A stretch of 64,000 bases of DNA from Spongospora subterranea f. sp. subterranea (Eukaryota): NCBI GenBank assembly GCA_049724395.1, contig JAUGWO010000024.1, positions 1 through 64,000 on the forward strand, in the 5' to 3' direction. Positions 1 to 10,935 of this stretch are shown here, one piece after another (position 1 is the stretch's first letter; each line of letters starts with the position of its first letter). Below the pieces are notes generated by a model, which did no database searches, was not told where the DNA came from, and saw only the letters and a program-made list of their open reading frames with translations. The translations under genes were made by a program, and so were the position numbers.

Positions 1-2
1 AC

Positions 3-836
3 GTGTTTCAGACACGTTGGGGCCTGCGTTTCCAGCACCATTGTTTTGGAGAGAAATGGTGCCCCGGTCGTGGATCAAATCATAACATCTGCGGTTCCCA
101 GATGCCCAAAATCGTCAGAAACCCTGAGTACAGGTTTACAGGTTTTCATTCGACTTTTTTAGAAACAGTGATGAACGTTTGTGCTTTCAGAAACAAAGAC
201 TCCGGTTTATTGGATCTTAATGCTCTTGCTGCTGCTCTTTCAACGGCACAAACCGCAGAAGAAATACTCAAACTGAGCTGTGAATTCTACTAGAAGTACC
301 ACTCAAGTGGCCCCGTTGATCGAAAGCTCCAACAATATTATTTCCGGTCTTCGAAACCAATCTGGGGGTGCTTTGTTCATCACTATGGCCAAAATACAAA
401 TGAATGGATTCGAAAATGGGGTACTAAATTCGCACATGGGGAATTCGGCAGGCGGAAATGTCAGGGGTTGAAGTCCCTTCAATGCGGATCGATCAACCCA
501 CCATTTGATATTCCAGCAAGACATGAACTTCGCAAAAAATCAACCCGATACCTCCTCCCAGCACTTTCCAAAATTCTCGAAGAGTATGATCAGTTCTTTA
601 TTGCGAAGAAAGCATCAATGAGATCGCCTCATCCGGATTTATCCGGTTTCATCACAAAATGCGTTCGTCCTTTCAACTATTGTTTACATCGTCATTGCGC
701 TGGAAGTGTTGAGGAATTTGTTCGCAGATGGGGAGAATCAGTACACTACACCAGGTTTAGTAAAAATTACTGTCCTGGAGAAGGCAGAAAGAGATCTGAA
801 ATCTGTCAATATGATTCTCCATCATCCCAAGGTTAG
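3..836 (+). pseudogene. 5'-truncated reading frame with three copies of a Cys/His/Trp motif and one in-frame TAG (291-293); function unknown, possibly TE-derived
   Basis: ORFs 3-293 and 468-836 are in the same frame, and the intervening sequence is open after the TAG. The motif C-x3-H-x7-[FW]-x3-WG-x7-F-x4-C-x-G occurs twice in full and once partially at the window edge. Confidence 0.45.
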
Positions 837-3800
837 ATATGGGTTGACCCTCCCAATGACTCAGCAAATAAGGTAGATGAAGTCAAAAAATAAACCTGAT
901 GGGTTTAGGGTAGTTTCACTAGTGTTATACGATTATTTTCTTGTATTTATATCAACTTTTTTCCTTATAATTCCGTTGGATTCTGGTCAACATTGGCCGA
1001 GATACATATATGTATGCAACACCTCCTTCCGCTATTGACTACCTAGGTAGGCAACTCACGCTCGATTGATGTCGATTAGATTTTGTTGTTGAGTCTAATG
1101 AATGGTTGGAGTCGGCTACCATTAGATATGATGGCAGTAGAAGGATGTTAATAGATCCCACCCCAAGAGAGAACAACCGACACGATTTCGGGTTGGAAAA
1201 CGTGTACCAGGATAAGCGGTAAACTGTTTGACACAAACCCAATTATTGAATAAAATGAGAAAACGCCCCACGGGTAAATCGGTTTGTCGACATGGGATAG
1301 AACCGATATGTCGAAATAAACATAATGGGTGAAATACGGATTGTGAGATGTTATATATCCAGCCAACAATAACAATAGAAGCGAATGTTCTAAATTGACA
1401 AAACGGGCGAGGGAGTCTGTTGCCATATTACACCTGAAGGGCAACGGCCAAGGTATGATTCCAGTAACACGACATCGCCGACCACGACACTATTTCTGAA
1501 TCTGAGTCGTCATCTTCATTCATCGCGATTTGATCACTCAACCTTTCCTCAGGTATGATCTGAGTTCTGACCCTATATCGCTCAAATCCCGCTCCGAATT
1601 TCACGAACTTGCATGGAATACCGTTCTAACAACCCTCAAGGACACAAATCGCGCGCTGATCAAGCGGCTGTTCAATTAATACGCTGGTCATTTGATCATC
1701 GTCAACGACAGATACGAGGTTATTGGTTGAAACTGAGTTCCCGTTCTGGAGTAGCGCCACAGCACCGGGACAACCTTCGAGGGTGCAGCGACAAACCTCA
1801 ATAGTCTGGCGACGGCTGTGATTGGCAATGATCAAAGGCGACATTGGACAAACAAATCAATATTCAGAACGACAACGGCGCTGCGATGACTGAATAGTCT
1901 CTGTCCAGGTAAACCGTCCCAATGGTCATCGACGATTATCTTCCCCATTTCTTACGATCACGATATCCCAGCAGGTCGTGACCCAGACCGGAAAACGTGC
2001 CATAAATCAGGACCCACAGCACGAACCGACCTCGAAAACAACCAGCTTTACAGAAAAAACGCAACGAGAATGATGGTATTGAGTGGGAAATTGAGAGTTT
2101 CTGGGTGATGCGGGCTTCTGACGTGAATTCAATTGCTGATCAAGATTGATATCAAATTTAGGGGGTTGATGGCTTGCCATGCTCTGTCTGAATAGGATAC
2201 GGAAGTGATTACTGGGAACTGAGCCACAAAAGCAATTTGGGCAATCCTTCCAGCCGAAACTCGACAGGGTGTCTGAATAGTTCTCACAAATCTTAAGGCA
2301 TTTTCAGGCGTTGGCATTAATCTTAGTGTAACCAATCACAGTTCATACCAAACATAGCATTATCACCGGTAGATGATTCAACTTTGGCGTGGACAGTTGG
2401 AGGGAAGATCATGTTTGGACCGGGGACACTGCGTTCGTCATCGAACCAATGATGGAAATACTGTTTATCTTCCATCAATTGCAGCTGGCAGTATGGCCAA
2501 CCTGTAGACTCAGTTCATTGCATTCAAAGTCCATTTTGTTCGTTATCAGAAATACAAGCACGATGGGTTGCCGGTTGGCATTTCGGCGCTTTTGCTTAGC
2601 ACTGGCTCGATGGCCACACCGCAGTTGACAGGCAATTCCTTCACAATGTGGTTCCATTGGTTGCATCAGCGACGAGTGCACCCAAAGAGCAGTACTCCGC
2701 CGAAGAAGCCGCCGAAATTCCGTTCCGCACAAACGCGCTGATTGCCCCATTACCTTTCCCAGCTACTGTACATGGTTAATGCAGTAATTTCCACCTTGCT
2801 TGGCGATTCTGATGTGAATTCGATTGCTGATCAAGATTGCTTGCAATTTTGGCGGCCGCCCGTTTGAGTGGCTTCTGGATTTGCAGAACACCGAATTAGA
2901 GGCGGTCAGAAATGTTGATCGCTCCCAACTTGCACAGAATTTTCTGGATTTGCAAAACACCGAATTAGAGGCTGCCGGTTTGGAAAGTATATCTTCCGGT
3001 CCTTGTCAGCCTCCTCCTCATCACCTTGCCTAACCTCTATGTGATTATATTCCAATCAAAGGTGTGTCATGACGACGGGAACGGAACTCCGTTACCTTTG
3101 TGGTCGGGTTCTTCGGTACTGCTCTTTGGGTGCAATAGTCGCTGATGCAACTAATGGAACCACATTGGGAAGGAATTGCTTGATGCAACGGGATGTGTCG
3201 GAATCAAAGTTTGAGAATTAGAGATGGATTGGCTTTCACGACGACGAGATCGACATTGGAGCCAACAATGATTTCACCATTTGTGGCCGTTCGGGGACAG
3301 GTATTCTAGTTCCATTGTGGTGGTCCCAAGAAAGTCTGTTGACGGCAAAATTTCCGAATCAATAGGAATTCGATTTAGATCAATAAGGCAATCGAGGTTC
3401 TCCCGCTCTTGGCTAAACTGTGCAATTCCTAACAGCGCAATTAACAAGCCGAATCTCTATAGGAAGATGAACTGAACGACTACATTCATCGAAGAACTTC
3501 CACCAAACTGGTCGAACGATTAATATTGGAAAAATTAAACGCCAACAAGGGATTGCAGCAAATTTGACTCCAATGTCGAATATTCGATTACTGGATAGTG
3601 TAAATCTTGGGTCTTGTCATGGGGCATTGGTCACTCCTGCGACGGCAACATGGTGTCCTGCAAGGACCAACGATTTCAGAATTTGGCAATTCTCTAAAAG
3701 CGACATTCCGCCATTAATACCGAGGAAGTCGAAGAGGCGATTCTTGTGGCGGCATTGGCCCAAGCGGTTCGTCCCAACCGTGCCCAGGTTCGGTTGTCAC

Positions 3801-4028
3801 AGATCGAGTCGGTCTTGTCTACCGGTAGGCCTCTGCAATGTACGGTACGACACACAGCCGGCAGCCGGTATGGTAAAAGGTACTCTACACGACAGGTACG
3901 GATACAGCATGAGTACCCGATACCGTATCCAATACGATCTGGATGGCCGGGTATCGGTATTGGATGGGGTATTGACGCACTGTACAATACCGTACCTAAT
4001 ACCGCGTACCATACCTTGCCGAGGCCCA

Positions 4029-4097
4029 CAAGTTGTTGGGACTGCTGCTTGTGGCGACCAGACTCTGGTCCCCACAAGCAGCAATCCCAACAACTTG
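4029..4097. repeat. near-perfect hairpin, 34-bp arms with 1-nt centre
   Basis: caagttgttgggactgctgcttgtggcgaccaga-c-tctggtccccacaagcagcaatcccaacaacttg; 2 mismatches. Confidence 0.9.
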
Positions 4098-5279
4098 AGG
4101 ACACGCATTGGCCAACGGGGCAAGGATGAGTTCAGAGTCAAGGATAAGACGAACGGGTCAATGTGTCATACACAAGGGTTCAGAACTTCAGATACCCGAT
4201 TCTCCTGTCCCATCTTTTCAACTTCGCTGCTGTGGTGTGGTTCTGCATTTGATAGGTGCGTTGTTCTACTACGTGGTGCATAACATTTTGGCTGTTTATC
4301 GAAGACAATGTCGTAGGATAGAGGGGACATTCGACCTGCCATTTTGGTTCAATCTGTTTATGAGAGCAAGTAATGGCGGATAGACCACTTCGAAGATCGT
4401 GGCTCACCAAAAACAAACAACACCATGTTTTTATAATGATAAACAACCTCGATTCCCAATTTTTGACCAAAAACAAAATTTGACGCTGTCAGAGCGTCTA
4501 ACGCTTTCTGTTGCGTTTGTTGACTTCTCTGTTTTCAAAGGCGAATTCTATTTGTGTCAGTGCCCATTTCACCTGGCCGTCAATATGTACCCGGTCATTA
4601 TGCTCTACAAATCCAAGTTTGGATTTGGTTATCTGGCAGGAGTTCGGGGCGTTATCGTGTAGGATTTGATTGCCTACAGGCGGCGACCTTTTGCCTTGAT
4701 GGCGTGTTGGTGGTGAGTTGGCCTGGTCGAAATGGAGCGCTGGTGCTGATTCTGCTGTGTACTTTAGTTATTGAAATCGGTTCGTCGAAGTATTGAATTT
4801 GATTCGCTCAGTTTAGTTTTAGATTTCTGTTTGTTAATTTCCCCAATTATTTTCTAATCAAGTTTTTGGGTTTTACTGCCTGGTCAGACTGGATGATAAA
4901 ATTTCAGTTATCGAGTTCAGACTGAGTTGCTGCACTCTGTTCATTTTCAATTATAACAAAAGCAACGATGGAAGCGGAAGAGGGATGACTTGTACCGCAA
5001 GGCTGCCTAAGCGCCCCAGAAGGTTAAATTGAAGAACCTCATATGTATCATAGAACTGGATAATGACGCGCGCGTCAAGTGCTTTGCCATAACAGCCGTT
5101 ATGTCATTTTGCAAAATGTCCGTCAAGCGTCTGGCACATTATGGGCGCTCCATAATAAAACGCGGCATTTTGAAAATGGAGCTCTGACCTCCATGTTGGC
5201 TCCATAACTGCGTAGCCATGGTTGATGATCATGCCTTCCCCTTATCTTTTACCAAGCTCTAATACTGGGCTGAGCAACA

Positions 5280-5985
5280 TGTTATCAAGGAGCCCTGTCA
5301 TACTTCCACCCTCTCTGGCAAAGGCTTGGGTCACCGAACTGCTGCATGGTAATCCACGTCGTTTCCGAAACCAGATGAGGATGCAGCGGACTATTATTCA
5401 TATCATGTTGGAGAAAGCTGTCTTGGGACCGAGTCGCCATGTATCGATTAGAAGAGAAGTTTGCCATATTTCTTTATGTTGTCGGACAAAATGCCTCAAA
5501 TCGGCAAACGCAAGAAAGGTTTCAGCGAGGCGGGTGGACCATCACAAAATGTTTTAACGAATCAGTCAATGCGTTGATCGCAATCTATCCTGACGTTGTT
5601 CGCTTGCCAGCACTCCAGTGCCCCGCAGAGATTAGGGAAAATTCGAAAATGTACCCTATTTCCAAGATTGTATCGGAGCCATTGATGGAACTCATATTCC
5701 GTGCACTCCTGTTCGAGGCGTTTCGAGACCGTTCCGCAATCGAAAAGGCTACTATTGTCAAAATGTCCTGGCAGCATGCACGTTCGACCTGCGATTTACA
5801 TACGTTCTTGCAGGGTGGGAGGGATCGGCATCCGACGGTGGTGTCTTCGCAGATGCGTATTTCCATAAACGCTTTGCGATCCCGCCATGTAAATACTACC
5901 TAGGAGATGCCGGATATGCGCTCAAAAGCACTGTTCTAACTCCATATCGCCGTGTACGATATCACCTTCGCGAAGGGTGGCATAG
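5280..5985 (+). mobile_element. PIF/Harbinger transposase (DDE_Tnp_4), frameshifted and 3'-truncated
   Basis: Joined frames give WVTELLHGNPRRFRNQMRM, EEKFAIFLYVVGQNASNR, DCIGAIDGTHIP, RNRKG, QNVLAAC, AGWEGSASD, KYYLGDAGY and LTPYRRVRYHLRE. Confidence 0.9.
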
Positions 5986-7100
5986 GGTTTCTCAAAATGA
6001 AATTGAGCTAAAGCTTCCGATATTGTCAATGAATTCTCGGACTCGTCTAACAAAACCCCAGAGACAACATTTTTACCTAGATAGTCCACATTGGTAAATG
6101 GAAACGAGTCGTCGACGAACGGCTTGTTTCCAGTGTAAGAAGCATCCAGTAATGGGCGTTGCAGGATATATGCCTGAAATTTTTTGAAATACTTTACCTA
6201 GACAGTCCACATTGGTAAAAGGCTTCAATTTCAGATCGTAAGTTGTCGTGTTATGGGTTCCGTCGACTATGGTAAAGTCAGCATACGCCTTGGCATAAAG
6301 CGACATCTGGGCAGTCTACGAAAATATACATGAGATGAAGCAAACCCGGTGAAGCGTTCGCACCTGCAGTGATATTGTCGAGAGGCGTTGCGACATGTCC
6401 ATAGAGTAGCAAAACAAGCCACCATTTTCTCGGACAGCGTATCCTGCCTCCATGAACCTTGTCATGCAGTGCGGGTCGTTGCCAAAGTGCAATTCCTTCC
6501 CGCTACAAACTTGTCGCGATAAAAGTGACGTTGAATATGTCCGGCCAGGGTTCGAACCCTCCAGCATTTCTCGAATCTAAAAAACACAGCATTCAGCGGC
6601 GCCAAGGGTATTGGCGAGGATATATATTTGAAACCTTGCTTAGTGGCAAATTGTATCGCGATAGCAGGTGAATCATCTCACGCTCTTCCGTTTTCAAGTT
6701 CGATAAAAGATTAATTTGATTTAAGCCTCCAACTGGCGTGATCAACGCATTATTGATGATATGGTTGTGATCCATGCATCTGTGATTGATGACATAGTCC
6801 CCTGCCTTTCGATCGAATGTCAGATTGACATACCAACTGCAAGTGATTTTAGTCGTTTCTCTTTCGGTGATTCTTGATCCCTATAGTTGCAATAGATTTT
6901 GGCGCGCTGCCAATTTTGGATCCAGCTCCTTGTATTGGATGGGGATTAAGCACCGAAAATGGATGCGAGTTACATGCGACGACGAACCTAGAAATGAAGG
7001 AGGCTAAGCAGCGAAACAGGGTGCGAATTACACCCAAACACAAACCCGTTAGCAAGAGCGAACTCGCGTGCATGTTGAACAATTATATCAGGCGATAAGA
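5986..7100 (-). mobile_element. degenerate Mutator-like (MULE) transposase
   Basis: DFTIVDGTHNTTTYDLKLKPFTNVDxLGK, VVSGVLLDESENSLTI, GCFLHWKQAVRRRL and an upstream FAR1-like ...MDHNH segment; multiple stops and frameshifts. Confidence 0.7.
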
Positions 7101-7478
7101 AATGGCTGTTCACCGCCAACACTTCGGATTCGATTGACATGTGGAATCACGGTCTCGAGAACGCAACTGTATGAAGACGACTGGAAATCAACTACAGTTA
7201 TTGGGTCCTTGGTCTGGGGACGACCTGGACCCAACAGAACCCACGTCGTTGTTAATTTCATTTAACATGCTTGCCTGCCTGGCCATTGTCTTTGTAACTC
7301 GTTTCCAATGCGCGTGACGCGTCAAAAGGGTTTTTTTCGTAGCAGTTCATCACCAGATTCTTTTGGTCAACCGATTGTTTTCCCCGTTGAGGCAAGCTGA
7401 TCTCGCTCAGATAGAGGATTTTACCGGACCGGAGATTGGCGCAACTCCTCCGAAATAATTCACTCGTTAGCTATCACA

Positions 7479-7916
7479 ATGACGAACAACAACGGGATGG
7501 CGCTATTGTCGAGCGTGTTGCTGGCAATTCTATTAGGGCAAGCGGTCGTATTTGGACAGACGCCTGCCACAACTGCCGCCCCAGCGACAACTGCTCCTGC
7601 GCCAGCGACACAAGGGCCCTATGGTGGAAATCAGAGCCCTTACGAGCGGTCGTACCCGTTGGATGGCATGTTCCCTGGCGCTGGAGGAATCGGTGGCCCT
7701 GGACAGACGATGGGATATAACCCATATCAATACCAAACGGGGGGAATGTATGGAGGAGGCGGATATGGTGGTGGCTGGGGAGGTGGATATGGCGGAATGG
7801 GAGGTGGATATGGTGGAATGGGAGGTGGATATGGTGGAGCAGGTGGCTGGGGCGCTGGATCGCCATACTACTCGATGAACACATATCCTGGCCAAACTAC
7901 TGGAGCGTATTACTAA
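7479..7916 (+). CDS. small secreted Gly/Tyr-rich protein (145 aa), intronless
   Basis: Hydrophobic N-terminal signal peptide (MALLSSVLLAILLGQAVVFG/Q), Thr/Ala/Pro linker, GGGYGGM repeats, AATAAA ~30 nt after the stop. Confidence 0.8.
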   Translation: MTNNNGMALLSSVLLAILLGQAVVFGQTPATTAAPATTAPAPATQGPYGGNQSPYERSYPLDGMFPGAGGIGGPGQTMGYNPYQYQTGGMYGGGGYGGGWGGGYGGMGGGYGGMGGGYGGAGGWGAGSPYYSMNTYPGQTTGAYY

Positions 7917-8154
7917 CCAAATGGGAATCCGTTTCATCCACACTATCAATAAAACACAAATGTGCTGACGGCGAGCCGTTTGTGATGCGTCTACATATTG
8001 CTACATAATCATTCACGCTTCTCCAACCAACTCTGTGTTTGGATTCAGCCAGCGTTGGCGGACTCATGGTCGGGAAAACTCAATGGTTAACAAAGGGTGT
8101 CCGTATTTGACGAACCAAAACGATCTGTTCACATTGTCCCTTTTTCATACAGGT

Positions 8155-10045
8155 TATCTTAAATCTATTGAGTCTTTACAGAATCGGTGAAGTTGCTGCT
8201 GGCGCCTCTGATCAAGGTCTGGATCATGCCTAACGATGTTGATATTGGGGTTCAGGAGCCGCAGTCGATCCTCAATGTTATCGGAGTGCATTAGGTACCA
8301 GGCACCGCCTAACCACGATCATTCAATCCACAGACTTTAACCCCGAATCGACATGAAATTACCAATCCGGATTTCGTGCAATTTGGGAATAGATTTCGCC
8401 AGACACGAAACCGATCTGTTGCAATAATGTGATTGGCGCTAAATGGACGATGGGCAGGAAATTACTTATAGGATAGCTGAACCAGCGATCCTAGGTTAAT
8501 GCTGGTGAGTCGACAAGGCGATACCGACGCCAACGAAGCCACAGAGTTGTCGTCCAGCTCAACGCAACTCGATATGTCCAGCACGGTTAACGATGGAAAT
8601 TGGGAGATGAACGCTGACAATCGCGATGGCGTGAGATGCATCGAGGCCAAACATGACGATGTGGCACAGTTACCTGAGAGATGAGGACGTTTTGGGAGAT
8701 TGATACAACCGTGCAGGTATAATGACGAAAGGGATTCGTGATGAACAAAGGCGCTCCCGTCGATAGCAGATTGCGATATATCTAAAACGTGGAATTCAAC
8801 AACAGACGACAGAAATCAAAACCCGCAGACCAAGGACAAGCAACTGTGAACAATTCATCAGGAGACGACGAACTTGATACGAGCCCAGACGTCCGTGAAG
8901 ACCGCGAAGATTGAGATATTGCAACGATGTGTATCTGGTCAGATCGCCGACACGAGATGAACCGGATATACAGCCCACATCAAGATAACGAAGACAGGAT
9001 GGAGAGAGAAACGACAAGTGCTCCTCGACGATTTGGGTATTGCTCAGGTCGACCAACTCGATAACGTTCAGGGCTGGAATGGCGGCGATGATGTCGCCGG
9101 CGAACTGGTTGCTGCTGATGTCGAGCAGACGGAGCTGAGGGCAAGGGGGAGCGGGCCCGGGCACAATAGCGACCGTTTCATGCTTCCCATTCGCAATGTC
9201 ACCAACGACGGGAACTGCACATTGGCGAACAGGTCGGGGTGAAGGCGACAGCCGGTCAAATCCAGATGAACCAAACCCGGTAGCAGATGCAAAAAGTTGA
9301 TCGTTAGAGAGGCGCATTCGCTTAGGCAAAGTCGACGAACATAGGCGGGGTTGGCGATCTTGGGCAAAATCCGGTGCAACACGCGATCCGTCAAAGACGA
9401 GGGCAGTGTCAGTTGGGAGCATTGCAAGGCGGTCAGGAACCGGGACGATGGCGATAAGATCAGCTGAGCGAACAGCTTGCAGACTAGGGGGATTGTCAGC
9501 AGAATCTCGCCCAGATCCAGGAAAGATAGCGCCACCTGTAACAGGGCGGTCGGCAGTACTCCAAATCCCATCTCCTGCGTTGGCCACACAATTCGGGGCC
9601 CGACCTTCTTCGACATCGATTGACGGCGATGACGATAATGAGCTCGTCGTTTGCATTCCCGCGTGCATATGAAGCAAAGTTGTTGATTATGGGTTCGTTG
9701 CAATTGTCGTGCAGTTCGTGGAAACGCGGCCAACAGACTACACGATTGGCAGACCGACGGCGGTCCCAAATTTAACTCAAAATCCTGACAGCGTTGGCAC
9801 AGCCTCGCATCGGCAAAAGCGGCGTTCAAGCGACAGAATTTACAAGGGTGTGCTGGGCCTGATTTCAATCCCGTATAACACGATGAACACACCGAATCTC
9901 TGGCTTCATACTGAGAGCCGCGAGATTCCGCCTGGCAATAGCGACAGTTGATTCGGACAGAGCGTGACCGGCACGATTTGCAGAAACTCGAGCGTCGCAG
10001 GTCCTGGGCCGGGATTAGCAACCCACATGCACACGAGCTGGACAT
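8155..10045 (-). CDS. FAM76-like Cys-rich domain + F-box + leucine-rich repeat protein (multi-exon; one apparent frameshift near 9145)
   Basis: N-terminal 130 aa carry a CxC and 7 CxxC pairs (PCKFCRLNAAF, CQRC, GPPxxCxxC..AF, LCFICT). F-box FGVLPTALLQVALSFLDLGEILLTIPLVCKLF follows, then LRRs LxxLDLTGC, LRLLDISSN, LQYLNLRG, LTVLDISSC. GT-AG introns lie near 8785-8822, 8415-8463 and 8309-8362. Confidence 0.8.
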
Positions 10046-10935
10046 GGTGGTTGGCGGTGAACGGGGCGGGGAAGGGATCAAGGGCCAGCGGTCGGGCGGC
10101 GGCCCATGGCGCAACACGCAGTTCAATACGCCGGAAACCAGGAGCGATTGCCTTGGCGTCCCGACAACCAATCGCGGTCGTGGCCAGATATTTATGGGCG
10201 GGCTTGGGGACGGATCTGCCCAATCGGGTGTATATGATCGTCCGTTTGACAGTTCTCTGTGATGGTCAATCTCAGAAATGGTCAACGGGGCGGGACGTCA
10301 TATTGGTCAACAATCATTGCAAATATAATGAAGTTTTCCGCTCATGTTGTTCGAATTTCTGGGGTCAACGTTCGTCATTTGTTCCCCGAAATTTGTCGCT
10401 GAATAGGCGTCGCCGATTTTTGTTTTAAGCGTGATGAGTGTATTGAATAAGTTCATCCTCAGAGAATGCAAAGCGCACACTTCCTCTGAGGACTGATTGA
10501 ATAAATAAATTAATTCCGTTTCAGAAACTACAATTACCAACACAGTACGTATAATTAAGGGCATTGAACGGCACAATGGGAAACCCATGGCGTTCTCGTT
10601 GAGCTTGTGGAATTGCGCTCCGCGGGTTGAGGGCGGGAATACTATATTTGGCAAACCATATAGTTGAAAACCAGGCAGGCATCTACACAGGAAACATGAG
10701 ATTGCAAAAGCAAGAGTCGTTTTTCTCGCGTTTTGGTTGAAATCGGGTGTTTCTTGTGCGATAGTGAAGAGTTGCAGCGATAGAAACTGTTCCTGACATC
10801 TCAGTCGCCAGACTGGGGCTGAAACTGTATTGTCGTTCCCAGGGTTTTGAACATATGTCAACATACAATGAGCAAGCAATATCCCCCTCATTGCCATTCC
10901 CCCACCGCAACTATTAACTCTACCCAACACCCTTT

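Noticed and set aside
895..915. gggtttagggtag telomere-like motif
   Set aside because: Fewer than two full units; expected by chance
1040..3800. Possible decayed retroelement gag/protease (LGWDLL-like fragment; short direct repeats near 2122/2814 and 2873/2942)
   Set aside because: No continuous frame or diagnostic motif; cannot be assigned
3564..4283. 239-aa ORF and overlapping ORFs in several frames
   Set aside because: They span palindromic, repeat-like DNA and show no protein-like features
10307..10930. 207-aa minus-strand ORF
   Set aside because: Non-ATG start, no recognisable domain, and it lies between a promoter region and the satellite
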